64,000 nucleotides of DNA from Clostridia bacterium (lineage in GTDB: Bacteria > Bacillota > Clostridia > Monoglobales > Monoglobaceae): NCBI GenBank assembly GCA_017546205.1, contig JAFYXJ010000018.1:1704-65703 (forward strand), read 5' to 3'. The position numbers and the translations under genes are program-made. The notes beneath the pieces were generated by a model. That model was not told the origin of the DNA. It saw nothing but the letters and a program-made list of their open reading frames with translations, and did no database searches. Below, in pieces: positions 8,755-19,241 of this stretch (position 1 is the first letter of the stretch; every line of letters starts with the position of its first letter).

Positions 8755-10512
8755 ATGAGCGAAAAAAAGACCAACAGTTTTATTCACGGCGCCCTGATTC
8801 TTGGAATTGCCAATCTGGTAGTCAAGGTGATCGGTGCTGTCTTCAAGGTTCCGCTGATTAACCTGATTGGTGATGACGGCATGGGCTACTTTAACGTAGC
8901 CTACCAGATTTATACCTTTATGTTTATTGTTGCAACGGCAGGATTTCCCATTGCCATTTCCAAAATGGTGGCAGAAAGTCTTGCCCGCGGAAGAGAACGG
9001 GAAACAAAACGGATTTTCCGTACTGCTTTATGCTTTCTTGCGGTTGTAGGCCTTTTGGGCACACTGGTTCTCTATCTCTTCCCTGATGTGCTGGAAAATC
9101 TGGTTGCTGTACCCGGTGCATCTTTGGGCATTACTGCCATTTCTCCGGCGGTGTTCTTTGTTGCTATGGCATCGGTATATCGAGGATATTTTCAAGGAAG
9201 ACAAAACATGTATCCCACAGCTGCATCCGAGGTCATTGAAGCATTGGCAAAGTTACTGGTTGGATATTTTCTGGCGTCGTTCTTTATGAAAATGTCTATC
9301 AGCGATAGTCTGTCCGTCCCCATTGACTGGGCATCCGGTCAGGCACAATCCTCCTACATCCGCACAATATTTGCATCAGCAGGGGCTATCTCCGGTGTTA
9401 CAGTAGGAACTTTGCTCTCATTCCTTTTAATGACGATAATCTACCTATGCTACAAGCGGAAAAAAGCACCCATCGTGGCACAACAGGATTCCATTCGTTC
9501 CCGTAAGGTTATTTTGAAAGAACTGATTCTGATTGCAGTTCCCATTACCATTGGAGCGTCAGTTTCCAGTCTGACCACATTGATTGATATGGCGACCATC
9601 ACCCGTCGGCTGGTGGTTCGACCCGAAGTTCTTTCCAACTACGCCTTTATGTTTGAAGAAGGCACGGCTTTTGCTCAAAAAGTGGCAGAAGAAGGCTGGA
9701 CGGGACTGGAACTTTACCGCCAGCAAGCGGCCACGCTTTACGGCATGTACACCGGAAAAGCTCTGACCATGTTCAATCTCCCCTTAACTCTGGTTGTAGC
9801 ACTGGGCATGAGTGTAGTCCCTGCAATTTCCTCTGCTCTTGCCCGTCAGGAACATACTTCTGCCCGATCCATTACCGAAAGCGCCATTCGGATTGCGGTG
9901 CTGTTTGCCGCGCCCTGCGCCCTTGGTATGTCTGTACTTTCCAAGGAAGTTTTGTACGTTTTGTTCTCGGACACCAATGCTGCATCGGTGCTCGCCATTC
10001 TGGCAATTGCCATTATTCCGGTTGCCATTGTATCGGTGACCAACTCCATTCTGCAGGCATACGGAAAGGTATTTTATCCGGTTATCAACATGATGATCGG
10101 CGGACTTTCCAAAATTCTGTTTAACTTCCTGCTGATTCCTTATCTGGGTATTGACGGGGCACCGCTTGGCACCTTCCTCTGCTATCTGGTGATTGCTGTT
10201 TTGAACCTTTATCAAATTGTCCGTCATGGCGGCATCCGCTTTAGGGCTGACAGTTTTCTGTTGCGTCCCTTGGGGGCAGCACTGATTATGGGTGCGGCGG
10301 GATATGTGTTTGCCACTTTTGTAACTCCGGTGCATATTTTAACGGACAGCGCCATCAACATCTGGATTCGTCGAGGATTGATTGCAGGAGAAATCGGTAT
10401 CTGCGGCATCATCTATTTCCTTGCGGCATTTGCGGTCAAAGCCATCCGCAAAGAAGATGTGCTGATGCTTCCCAAAGGTGAAACCATCGCAAAACTATTG
10501 CGACTGAAATAG
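8755..10512 (+). CDS. MOP-superfamily flippase (SpoVB/YabM/MurJ-like polysaccharide biosynthesis protein)
   Basis: FIHGALILGIANLVVKVIG, AGFPIAISKMVAE, RGYFQG; many TM helices; next to yabO. Confidence 0.9.
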   Translation: MSEKKTNSFIHGALILGIANLVVKVIGAVFKVPLINLIGDDGMGYFNVAYQIYTFMFIVATAGFPIAISKMVAESLARGRERETKRIFRTALCFLAVVGLLGTLVLYLFPDVLENLVAVPGASLGITAISPAVFFVAMASVYRGYFQGRQNMYPTAASEVIEALAKLLVGYFLASFFMKMSISDSLSVPIDWASGQAQSSYIRTIFASAGAISGVTVGTLLSFLLMTIIYLCYKRKKAPIVAQQDSIRSRKVILKELILIAVPITIGASVSSLTTLIDMATITRRLVVRPEVLSNYAFMFEEGTAFAQKVAEEGWTGLELYRQQAATLYGMYTGKALTMFNLPLTLVVALGMSVVPAISSALARQEHTSARSITESAIRIAVLFAAPCALGMSVLSKEVLYVLFSDTNAASVLAILAIAIIPVAIVSVTNSILQAYGKVFYPVINMMIGGLSKILFNFLLIPYLGIDGAPLGTFLCYLVIAVLNLYQIVRHGGIRFRADSFLLRPLGAALIMGAAGYVFATFVTPVHILTDSAINIWIRRGLIAGEIGICGIIYFLAAFAVKAIRKEDVLMLPKGETIAKLLRLK

Positions 10513-10527
10513 CAAAGGAGAAAATCT

Positions 10528-10770
10528 ATGCGATTAGATAAGTATTTAAAAGTTTCCCGGCTGATTAAGCGCCGCACTGTCGCCAATGAAGCGTGTGATG
10601 CCGGCAGGGTTACGGTCAACGGAAAGGTTGCCCGTGCTTCCTATGATGTAAAAGTCGGGGATGTGCTGACCATTCAGTTTGGTGCCCGTCCCATCAGCGT
10701 TCGTGTGTTGGAAGTCAAGGAAACGGCGTACAAAGATGACGCCAAAACCATGTACGAGACTGTAGACTAA
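10528..10770 (+). CDS. rqcP: S4-domain RNA-binding protein YabO/RqcP
   Basis: MRLDKYLKVSRLIKRRTVANEACDAGRV. Confidence 0.92.
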   Translation: MRLDKYLKVSRLIKRRTVANEACDAGRVTVNGKVARASYDVKVGDVLTIQFGARPISVRVLEVKETAYKDDAKTMYETVD

Positions 10771-10777
10771 AAAACTC

Positions 10778-10818
10778 AAGAACGGCAAGGAAAACTCAAT
10801 GTTTTCCTTGCCGTTCTT
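10778..10818. terminator. Bidirectional intrinsic terminator between rqcP and tgt
   Basis: AAGAACGGCAAGGAAAAC-tcaat-GTTTTCCTTGCCGTTCTT perfect stem. Confidence 0.85.
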
Positions 10819-11948
10819 TATATTCTGATGCCCAGAATTGCTGTTTTTTCTTTGCGGTAAGCATCAAAGGTATCGTTGTCAATGGCATCACGGATTTCTG
10901 CCATCAAATTGTTGTAGAAATACAGGTTATGCATCACTGCAAGACGCATGGCAAGCATTTCTTTTGCCTTGAACAGATGCCGGATATAAGCTCTGGAAAA
11001 GTTTCGGCAGGTGGGACATTGACAATGCTCATCCAACGGTCTCTCGTCTCTTTCGTATTTGGCATTGAACAAGTTCAGAATTCCCTGAGATGTGAAAATA
11101 TGTCCGTGTCTGGCGTTTCTGCTGGGCATAACGCAGTCAAAAAAGTCAACACCCCGTGCCACTGCTTCAATAATATTCACCGCTGTTCCTACCCCCATCA
11201 GGTAACGGGGTTTGTTTTCCGGCATGTGGGGGGTCACTGCGCTGATAATCCGGTACATATCCTCGGTGGATTCTCCCACCGCAAGACCGCCGATGGCATA
11301 ACCATCAAGGTCCAGTTCCGCAATCTCTTGCATGTGCGCAATCCGCAAATCCTCATAGGTGCTTCCCTGATTAATACCAAAGAGCATCTGATGGGGATTC
11401 ACCGTTCCCGGAAGACTGTTCAGCCGTGCAAGTTCTGCCTTGCACCGCTTTAACCAACGGGTTGTTCTTGCCACCGACTCCTGTGCGTATTCTCTTGCAC
11501 AAGGGTTTTCAATACATTCGTCAAACGCCATAGCAATGGTGGAGCCCAGATTGGACTGAATCTGCATACTTTCCTCAGGCCCCATAAAAATTTTTCTGCC
11601 GTCAATATGGGAAGAAAAATACACACCCTCCTCCTTGATATTCCGGAGTTTGGCAAGAGAAAATACCTGAAACCCTCCGCTGTCGGTGAGGATGGGTCTG
11701 TCCCAGTTCATAAACTTGTGAAGACCGCCCATATCCCGCACCACATCATCGCCGGGGCGAAGATGGAGATGATACGTATTGGAAAGTTCTACCTGACACC
11801 CAAGATCTTTTAAGTCGAGTGCGGTGACAGCACCTTTGATTGCCGCCGCAGTTCCTACATTCATAAAAACCGGAGTCTGGACTGTACCGTGTACGGTCTG
11901 AAACTCGCCCCGTCTTGCCCGGTCATTTTGCTTTTTTAATGTAAACAT
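10818..11948 (-). CDS. tgt: tRNA-guanine(34) transglycosylase
   Basis: TPVFMNVGT, DSGGFQ, AFDEC, GGLAVGE, CxCxxC zinc site; Cys/Val residues typical of preQ1-using bacterial TGT. Confidence 0.97.
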   Translation of the reverse strand: MFTLKKQNDRARRGEFQTVHGTVQTPVFMNVGTAAAIKGAVTALDLKDLGCQVELSNTYHLHLRPGDDVVRDMGGLHKFMNWDRPILTDSGGFQVFSLAKLRNIKEEGVYFSSHIDGRKIFMGPEESMQIQSNLGSTIAMAFDECIENPCAREYAQESVARTTRWLKRCKAELARLNSLPGTVNPHQMLFGINQGSTYEDLRIAHMQEIAELDLDGYAIGGLAVGESTEDMYRIISAVTPHMPENKPRYLMGVGTAVNIIEAVARGVDFFDCVMPSRNARHGHIFTSQGILNLFNAKYERDERPLDEHCQCPTCRNFSRAYIRHLFKAKEMLAMRLAVMHNLYFYNNLMAEIRDAIDNDTFDAYRKEKTAILGIRI

Positions 11949-12072
11949 AAGTACCTCATTTTTGCAATATTCTTTCGTTTAGTGTATCATGTTCCGATGC
12001 CAATGTCAATCATAACCCTTTACAAAATCCATCTTTCCTGCTATACTGCAGTTACAAGAAGGTGATAGAAAA

Positions 12073-13233
12073 ATGAAAAAAATGTTATTATGCTTATTGG
12101 CATGTATTTTATGTTTAAGCGGAGTTTCTGTATTTGCGGATGGTTTTGCAGTTGTTGTGGACAACGTAGATGCAGTACCCGGAGAGACCGTGACCATCAA
12201 CCTCTCTTTGGAGAATAACACCGGAATTCTTGCTGCACGGTTTCAGTTGACCTACGACCAAACCCGGTTGGAATTGGTGGGCGCAACCGACAAGCGTTTG
12301 CTTCCGGGCGGAATTTTCAGCAAGAGTTATGACACCTACCCCTACATTCTGCTCTGGAACAGTGCTTCTCCTAACAATATTACCGACGACGGTCCACTTG
12401 CGGAACTTCAGTTCAAGGTGTTGGAAACTGCCCCTGCCGGCAACGCCTTTGTGAACCTGACCTATCAGGCAGATGATGTGTATGATGTGGATTTGAACAA
12501 CGTTTCCCTGACGGTGAAGAACGGCACCATCGGAATACTCGGTGGAATGGAACCACCTGCAAAAACGCCGTCTCCCACAGATGCCCCTTCAACCGGAACA
12601 GCCATCTCCGGTGGCGGAGGGGGTATTGTAAAGCCAACGGCTACAACCCGACCGCTGGTAACCCCTGCGCCTACAAATGCTCCTCAGGAGAAACCGGAAT
12701 CCGTATTTCTTTTTGCTGACGTAACGCCGACAGACTGGTACTATCATGCGGTGCAATTTGCTTTTCAAAAGGGCATCACCAGCGGTGTTTCCGAAACCTC
12801 TTTTGCCCCGGAGGACACAGTAACCCGCGGACAATTTATCACTATGCTCTGTCGAGCTTTTCACATTCCCGAAATGGCGGGCGACAATTTTGCCGATTGC
12901 GGCAACACATGGTATACCGGCTATCTTGCTGCTGCAAAGCAACTGGATATTTCCGGCGGTATCGGTGACAACCGATTTGCACCGGAGACTGCAATCACAC
13001 GGGAAGAGATGGTTACTCTGATTTATAATTACCTGAAAAACAAAGTGGCAACGGTTACGACAGAAACGGTCACCTTCCAAGATGATGCCCTGATTTCCAA
13101 TTGGGCAAAAGATGCCGTTCGTTTTGCTGCTCACCGCGGGTATATCCGCGGCAAGGACAATCAATGTTTTGATCCTCAGGGAAATGCCACCCGTGCAGAA
13201 CTTGCGCAGATATTTCTAAATATGCTCCAATAA
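12073..13233 (+). CDS. Secreted cohesin-like domain + Pro/Thr linker + three SLH domains
   Basis: Signal peptide; PGETVTINLSLENNTGI...LTYD...LELV...ELQFKV cohesin pattern; SLH repeats (FAPEDTVTRGQF, FAPETAITREEM, FDPQGNATRAE). Confidence 0.85.
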   Translation: MKKMLLCLLACILCLSGVSVFADGFAVVVDNVDAVPGETVTINLSLENNTGILAARFQLTYDQTRLELVGATDKRLLPGGIFSKSYDTYPYILLWNSASPNNITDDGPLAELQFKVLETAPAGNAFVNLTYQADDVYDVDLNNVSLTVKNGTIGILGGMEPPAKTPSPTDAPSTGTAISGGGGGIVKPTATTRPLVTPAPTNAPQEKPESVFLFADVTPTDWYYHAVQFAFQKGITSGVSETSFAPEDTVTRGQFITMLCRAFHIPEMAGDNFADCGNTWYTGYLAAAKQLDISGGIGDNRFAPETAITREEMVTLIYNYLKNKVATVTTETVTFQDDALISNWAKDAVRFAAHRGYIRGKDNQCFDPQGNATRAELAQIFLNMLQ

Positions 13234-13269
13234 AAAATATCCGAAGAGAAAAACTCTTCGGATATTTTT
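13232..13269. terminator. Bidirectional intrinsic terminator
   Basis: AAAAATATCCGAAGAG-aaaaa-CTCTTCGGATATTTTT between convergent genes. Confidence 0.85.
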
Positions 13270-14293
13270 ATTTCATAAACATAGCATCACCGAAACTGAA
13301 AAACCGATAGTTCTGTTCCACCGCTTCCCGATATGCGGCAAACACCTTATCTTTTCCTGCAAAGGCAGAAATCAGCATCAAAAGCGTAGATTCCGGCAGA
13401 TGGAAATTGGTAATCAACGCATCCACCGCCTTGAACTTGTATCCCGGATAGATAAAAATATTGGTGTCTCCTGTTTGGGGTTTTACCGTTCCATCCTCAT
13501 CCGCTACTGTTTCCAGCGTACGAACCGAGGTGGTGCCTACTGCCACGATTCTGCCGCCCGCCTTACGGGTTTGGTTGATGATTTCAGCCGCCTCGGGCGA
13601 GATTTCATATTGCTCGGTATGCATGATATGTTCTTCCACGTTTTCAACCGAAACCGGACGGAATGTACCCAGCCCCACATGGAGAGTCAGGTATGCCACC
13701 TGAACACCTTTTGCCTGAATCTTTTCCAAAAGTTCCTGCGTAAAATGCAATCCTGCCGTCGGTGCTGCCGCCGAACCCTCGATCTTGGAATACACGGTCT
13801 GGTACCGCTCTCTGTCCTCAAGTTTTTCTTTGATATAGGGAGGCAAGGGCATCTCCCCCAAACGATCCAGAAGTTCTTCCCAGACCCCCTCATATTCAAA
13901 ACGGACAATCCTTTTTCCGTCTTCAATCACTTCCAAAACCTGGGCTCGGAGCAATCCGTCGCCAAACACAAATCGACTGCCGGGTTTGGCTTTTTTTCCG
14001 GGTCGCAGAATCACTTCCCAAGTGTCCAGTTCCAGTCGTTTCAGCAACAAAAATTCAATTTTCCCGCCGCTTCCCTCTTTACAGCCGTAAAGTCTTGCCG
14101 GGATAACACGGGTGTTATTCATCACCAGACAATCACCCGGCTTCAGGTAGTCTGTAATTTCCCGAAATATACGGTGGGTAAGTTCGCCGGTCTCCCGCTC
14201 CATAACCAAAAGTTTAGACGCCGTCCGGTCGGAGAGCGGCGTCTGTGCAATCAGTTCCGGTGGGAGGTCATAGTAAAAATCTTTGGTTGTCAT
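13268..14293 (-). CDS. queA: S-adenosylmethionine:tRNA ribosyltransferase-isomerase
   Basis: [49 protein letters not shown]. Confidence 0.97.
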   Translation of the reverse strand: MTTKDFYYDLPPELIAQTPLSDRTASKLLVMERETGELTHRIFREITDYLKPGDCLVMNNTRVIPARLYGCKEGSGGKIEFLLLKRLELDTWEVILRPGKKAKPGSRFVFGDGLLRAQVLEVIEDGKRIVRFEYEGVWEELLDRLGEMPLPPYIKEKLEDRERYQTVYSKIEGSAAAPTAGLHFTQELLEKIQAKGVQVAYLTLHVGLGTFRPVSVENVEEHIMHTEQYEISPEAAEIINQTRKAGGRIVAVGTTSVRTLETVADEDGTVKPQTGDTNIFIYPGYKFKAVDALITNFHLPESTLLMLISAFAGKDKVFAAYREAVEQNYRFFSFGDAMFMK

Positions 14294-14310
14294 CGCTTGT
14301 CCTCCATCCA

Positions 14311-15693
14311 TCAATAAGCGTTTTCCAAATTGGTGCCGGGGAAATAATGGAGCAAAATCTCCACATAATCAAAGCCTGCCTCTGCCATTCCCTTGGCACC
14401 ATACTGGCTCATGCCTACGCTGTGTCCCCATCCGGTGCCGTCAAAACGAAATCCGGTCAGGGTTCCCTCGTCCGCCTTTTTCTTACTGTATGTGGTCTGT
14501 GTCACACCGTCGCTGACTGTAATCAGCGCTGTGGTCACATTGCTTCTTCCGGTTGCGGAAAGAATCACCAGAGACGATACGGGGAAGCTTCCGGTCTTGG
14601 TTCCGTCAGTAATCTGTACATCGGAAGGAATTTTCTGTCCTCCCTCATAGATTGGTTTCACCGTAAATGCCTGACTTTTGGTTACGGTGTTAAAAAGGGT
14701 TCTGCATCCCTCACGTTGAAATACTTTAGACCCTTTACTGCCTGTCACTTCCATTTTCAAAACTCTGCCGTTTTCGGTGTATTCCAGTACCTCAATTTTT
14801 TTCACATCGCCTACATCATAGCCTTTGTTCCGCATGATGGTAGTAGCCTCTTCACAGGTCAAAGTTCCGCTCCAGATCCCGTTGGTCACCGATGCGGTAT
14901 CCTCATAGCTGTTATCCACGCTGATCAGATAGGGAACGCTGTTTCCCCAAACATGTTTCACATCCTCGGTGCGTTCTCCCATAGAAGACGAATAATACAA
15001 TTCTGCCAGTTTGCCCCCGTAGGTCAATACCTGACGGGTGGTTTCATCCACCGGGGCAAAGGATTGTTCCGTCTCCACACGGGTACCGGAATACGCCTGA
15101 CAATGGACGCCACTACATAAGTCAAAACCGTCGGATGCATGCTTATCAAGATGTACTGTCACATAGTTTCTGGCACAGACTGCCTGGGCTTTCAATGCGT
15201 TTTTGTGCCAGGATGCACTCATCTCACGAGAGACTACACCGTAAAGGTAGTGATCCAGAAACACCACATTGACCACCGTCATTCTATCTCCATCGGCAGT
15301 ACAGTCTACGCCGCCCCGGTATTCCACCCCGTCAATTTTCAGTTTCTGCTCTTTGCCGGAAGCGTTGGGTTTGATTCCCACACTCTTGAGTGCCGAAGCA
15401 AGCATTACTCCCGTTGCATCAGCAATGGATATGCCATCCTCCGCCATGGAAACGGTTAGTTTTTTCTTGTCAGTTTCCTGATTCAGGCTGAATTCTCTGC
15501 CGTCATACTTACCAATCTGGAACCCGTTTACAGATTCCAGCACGACAGATTTGGGTGCACCGTTTCCGTACATCAGTCCGATTCTCACAAACTGGGGCAG
15601 CGTATAATCTGCGTGCACGCCAAGAGGGTATACTGTCAAAAGAAGAACACAAAGAAGTAAACACAAACCAATCCGTTTTTGCATCTTCTTCAC
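14311..15693 (-). CDS. SpoIID/LytB-domain lytic transglycosylase-like secreted protein
   Basis: Signal peptide; [47 protein letters not shown]. Confidence 0.92.
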   Translation of the reverse strand: MKKMQKRIGLCLLLCVLLLTVYPLGVHADYTLPQFVRIGLMYGNGAPKSVVLESVNGFQIGKYDGREFSLNQETDKKKLTVSMAEDGISIADATGVMLASALKSVGIKPNASGKEQKLKIDGVEYRGGVDCTADGDRMTVVNVVFLDHYLYGVVSREMSASWHKNALKAQAVCARNYVTVHLDKHASDGFDLCSGVHCQAYSGTRVETEQSFAPVDETTRQVLTYGGKLAELYYSSSMGERTEDVKHVWGNSVPYLISVDNSYEDTASVTNGIWSGTLTCEEATTIMRNKGYDVGDVKKIEVLEYTENGRVLKMEVTGSKGSKVFQREGCRTLFNTVTKSQAFTVKPIYEGGQKIPSDVQITDGTKTGSFPVSSLVILSATGRSNVTTALITVSDGVTQTTYSKKKADEGTLTGFRFDGTGWGHSVGMSQYGAKGMAEAGFDYVEILLHYFPGTNLENAY

Positions 15694-15852
15694 AACCTTT
15701 CTTTTTTCATTACAAATATTTTACCATAAAAAACAGAAAATTACCAGACATTTTTTGCAGATTTCGGCAGGATTTTCTCTTTTGTATAGCAAAATGACAG
15801 TTTCTTGACCGTTTTTTCCATGAAAAATAGGGGTTTTACGGGTAAAAAAGAT

Positions 15853-15881
15853 TTGACAACTACCATGGATTGGCATATAAT
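15853..15881 (+). promoter_or_regulatory. sigma-A promoter of the asd-dapA-dapB-ACT operon
   Basis: Perfect TTGACA-N17-TATAAT. Confidence 0.85.
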
Positions 15882-15929
15882 AGATATGATATAGAGATTG
15901 ATGATCCAGAACATGAGGAGGAAGATATC

Positions 15930-17009
15930 ATGAAACAGTACAAAGTTGGAATTATCGGAGCAACCGGTATGGTTGGACAGCGGTTTATCACCCTGATGGA
16001 AAACCATCCCTGGTTCTCTTTGACCTTGCTTGCCGCATCTCCCAGAAGCGCAGGCAAAACATATACCGAAGCGGTGGGCAACCGCTGGGCAATGGCTACC
16101 CCCATTCCCGATGCGGTAAAAGACATGATTGTTTACGATGCGACTGCGGATATTGAAACCATCGCAAATCAGGTAGACTTTGTGTTCTGTGCCGTTGATA
16201 TGAAAAAAGACGAAATCCGCGCGTTGGAAGAAGCGTATGCAAAGGCAGAGTGTCCGGTGGTTTCCAACAACTCCGCACACCGTCACACCCCTGACGTTCC
16301 TATGATTATTCCGGAAATCAATCCGGAACACGCAGAAATTATTGCTGCACAGAAAAAACGTCTGGGCACCAAACGCGGTTTCATTTCCGTAAAATCCAAC
16401 TGCTCTTTGCAAAGTTATGTACCTGCCCTTCATCCTTTGATGAAGTACGGCATCACACAGGTTCTCGCCTGCACCTATCAGGCAATTTCCGGTGCCGGAA
16501 AAACTTTTGAGACCTGGCCGGAGATGGTGGATAATGTAATCCCCTACATCGGCGGCGAGGAAGAAAAGAGTGAGATTGAACCTCTGAAAATCTGGGGTTC
16601 CATCGAGGGCGACCAGATTGTAGACGCAACCGCACCTGCAATAACCACCCAGTGTCTCCGCGTTCCCGCATCGGATGGTCACATGGCTGCCGTTTTTGTG
16701 AAATTCGAAAACAAACCCACCATTGACCAGATTAAAGCAGATTGGAAAGCATTCAGCGGTGAACCTCAGGAACTGGAACTGCCCTCTGCTCCCAAACAGT
16801 TCCTCCATTATTTTGAAGAAGACAATCGTCCCCAGACGAAACTGGACCGCAATCTTGAGGGAGGTATGGCGGTTTCTGCAGGTCGTCTGCGCGAAGATTC
16901 CCAGTATGATTACAAATTTGTGTGTCTGTCACACAACACCCTGCGCGGTGCTGCCGGCGGTGCAGTCCTGATGGCTGAACTGCTTGCGGCAAAAGGTTAT
17001 TTTGATTGA
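15930..17009 (+). CDS. asd: Aspartate-semialdehyde dehydrogenase (archaeal/fungal-like subtype)
   Basis: GIIGATGMVGQ, SNCS, QAISGAG, NVIPYIGGEEEK, HNTLRGAAG. Confidence 0.96.
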   Translation: MKQYKVGIIGATGMVGQRFITLMENHPWFSLTLLAASPRSAGKTYTEAVGNRWAMATPIPDAVKDMIVYDATADIETIANQVDFVFCAVDMKKDEIRALEEAYAKAECPVVSNNSAHRHTPDVPMIIPEINPEHAEIIAAQKKRLGTKRGFISVKSNCSLQSYVPALHPLMKYGITQVLACTYQAISGAGKTFETWPEMVDNVIPYIGGEEEKSEIEPLKIWGSIEGDQIVDATAPAITTQCLRVPASDGHMAAVFVKFENKPTIDQIKADWKAFSGEPQELELPSAPKQFLHYFEEDNRPQTKLDRNLEGGMAVSAGRLREDSQYDYKFVCLSHNTLRGAAGGAVLMAELLAAKGYFD

Positions 17010-17029
17010 TTCGGAAAGGAGCCGATACT

Positions 17030-17914
17030 ATGAAAACACCTATTTTTACCGGTTCTGCTGTTGCATTGATTACCCCTTTTAATGAAAACGGAGTGGACTT
17101 TGCAAAGTTGGAAGAATTGCTGAACTACCATGTAGAAAACCACACCGACGCAATCGTAATTTGCGGTACCACCGGAGAACCCTCTACCATGCCTGACGAG
17201 GAACATCTTTCCGTTATTCGTTTTGCGGTAGAGAAAATTGCAAAACGGATTCCGGTTATTGCAGGTACAGGAAGTAACGATACCGCTCACGCTATCCACC
17301 TGAGCAAGTCAGCCGAAGAAGCAGGCGCCGACGGCGTTCTGGTGGTTGCACCTTACTACAACAAGACCACACAGAAGGGGCTTTGTGCACACATTGAAGC
17401 AATTGCCAATGCCATTTCTATTCCTATGATTTTGTATAATATTCCCGGACGCACCGGCGGTCTTGGATTCTCTCTTGACTCTTTGAAGAAACTTTCCAAA
17501 CTGCCCAATGTAGTCGGCGTCAAGGAAGCAACCGGCGATCTGGCGTTTGCAGCTGATATTGCAGCAAATACCGACCTTGCCATCTATGCAGGCAACGATG
17601 ACATTATTGTTCCTATTATGTCTATCGGCGGACAGGGTGTTATCTCTGTACTTGCTAACGTTATGCCTCAGGAAACCCACGATATCTGTGCCGACTATCT
17701 GGCGGGTAATATCGAATCTTCCAGAAAAACATTTTTAAGCCTTCTGGATCTGGTTCATTCTCTGTTTATTGAGGTGAACCCCATTCCGGTTAAGACCGCT
17801 ATGAATCTGATGGGATTTCAGGTTGGCAACCTCCGGATGCCCCTTTGCGACATGGTAGAAGAAAATCTGGAGAAATTGAAGGCTACTTTGAAGGCACATG
17901 GTTTGCTGAAATAA
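17030..17914 (+). CDS. dapA: 4-hydroxy-tetrahydrodipicolinate synthase
   Basis: ALITPF, GTTGE, PYYNK, YNIPGRT, GVKEA, NPIPVK. Confidence 0.96.
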   Translation: MKTPIFTGSAVALITPFNENGVDFAKLEELLNYHVENHTDAIVICGTTGEPSTMPDEEHLSVIRFAVEKIAKRIPVIAGTGSNDTAHAIHLSKSAEEAGADGVLVVAPYYNKTTQKGLCAHIEAIANAISIPMILYNIPGRTGGLGFSLDSLKKLSKLPNVVGVKEATGDLAFAADIAANTDLAIYAGNDDIIVPIMSIGGQGVISVLANVMPQETHDICADYLAGNIESSRKTFLSLLDLVHSLFIEVNPIPVKTAMNLMGFQVGNLRMPLCDMVEENLEKLKATLKAHGLLK

Positions 17915-17932
17915 GAAATTCAGGTGAAACAA

Positions 17933-18691
17933 ATGATAAAGATACTTTTAAGCGGTGCAAGCGGGAATATGGGCAAAGCCGTAACCCGTGCAGTCGCTCA
18001 AAATCCCGACGCGACGATTTGCGCCGGATTTGATATCCGGACGGAGCCTACGGCTGAATTCCCGATTTACGACGATTTGTGTTCCGTTACCGAGCCGGTG
18101 GATGTGATCATTGATTTTTCGCATCCATCCATGCTGGACCGGATTCTGGATTATGCTGTAAGCAAAAAAATTCCGGCGGTCATCTGCACCACCGGACTTT
18201 CTGCAGAGCAGGTTTCCCGTATTCAGTATGAGGCAAAAAATATCCCCATCTTCTTCTCTGCCAATATGTCTCTTGGCGTAAATCTTTTGATTGATTTGGT
18301 TGCCAGAGCGTCCAAGATTTTAGAAGATACCTTTGATATTGAAATCATCGAGAAACATCACAATCAGAAACTGGATGCGCCCAGCGGAACTGCACTTGCC
18401 ATTGCCAATGCCATTTCTGACACTGTTTCCTATGAGGCGGAGTATACCTATGACCGTCATTCTGTCCGCAAAAAGCGTGACAAGCGGGAAATCGGCATTC
18501 ATGCCGTGCGGGGTGGTACCATCGTGGGTGAACATGAGGTTCTGTTTGCCGGCACCGATGAGGTCATCAGCCTGAAACACACCGCCACATCAAAAGAGGT
18601 GTTTGCGGTGGGTGCCTTGAAAGCATCGTTCTTCTTAAAGGAACAAAAGCCGGGACTTTATGCAATGAAAGACCTGATTGCTGCACAGTAG
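17933..18691 (+). CDS. dapB: 4-hydroxy-tetrahydrodipicolinate reductase
   Basis: GASGNMG, IDFS, EKHHNQKLDAPSGTA. Confidence 0.96.
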   Translation: MIKILLSGASGNMGKAVTRAVAQNPDATICAGFDIRTEPTAEFPIYDDLCSVTEPVDVIIDFSHPSMLDRILDYAVSKKIPAVICTTGLSAEQVSRIQYEAKNIPIFFSANMSLGVNLLIDLVARASKILEDTFDIEIIEKHHNQKLDAPSGTALAIANAISDTVSYEAEYTYDRHSVRKKRDKREIGIHAVRGGTIVGEHEVLFAGTDEVISLKHTATSKEVFAVGALKASFFLKEQKPGLYAMKDLIAAQ

Positions 18692-18752
18692 AAAAAAGCC
18701 TGTCCTGCCCACCGGCAGGAAAAAGGATACGCTGTGGGCAGAAAGGCGGTGC

Positions 18753-19208
18753 ATGATGATACCAACCATTACAGATATTGCCTACTTGGAAGATGTAGCA
18801 CTGGTCACGGTGAACAATATTCCCAATACTCCCCAAAGTCTTGCATTGATCTTAAAAGAAATTGCCAGCCGTCAGGTTACGGTGGATATGATTTGCAAGA
18901 CCGCACCCTACAAGGATAGGATTAACCTTTCTTTTACGGTACCGCAGGAATCCTTATCACAAGTGATTGGTGCAACTACTGAATTCAAAAAGATGAACAA
19001 GGAAATTTCCACCGAGGTAAACGGAAATAATACCAAGGTGATTCTGTCCGGGGCGGGCATGCGCAACACCTACGGCGTTGCGGCAGAATTGCTGTCTCAA
19101 TTGGCAGAAGCGGACATCTCCATCAAACTGATTACTACGGGGGAAACGGAGATTTCCTGTTTGATTGACATCAAGGATATCGACAAAGTAAAAGAGTTAC
19201 TGAAATAG
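18753..19208 (+). CDS. Stand-alone tandem ACT-domain protein (aspartokinase regulatory-domain-like)
   Basis: VALVTV...VDMI; KVILSGAGMRNTYGVAAEL...ISIKLITTGETEISCLI. Confidence 0.85.
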   Translation: MMIPTITDIAYLEDVALVTVNNIPNTPQSLALILKEIASRQVTVDMICKTAPYKDRINLSFTVPQESLSQVIGATTEFKKMNKEISTEVNGNNTKVILSGAGMRNTYGVAAELLSQLAEADISIKLITTGETEISCLIDIKDIDKVKELLK

Positions 19209-19209
19209 C

Positions 19210-19241
19210 AAGAAACGGCAAGGGATTCCTTGCCGTTTCTT
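19210..19241. terminator. Bidirectional intrinsic terminator
   Basis: AAGAAACGGCAAGG-gatt-CCTTGCCGTTTCTT. Confidence 0.85.

Noticed and set aside
15741-16808. 355-aa minus-strand ORF and similar long antisense ORFs (13400-14317, 20270-21289, 25162-26046, 29345-30217, 41093-41947, 61972-62700)
   Set aside because: Each lies mostly or wholly opposite a well-conserved gene; stop-poor antisense frames are expected from codon bias.
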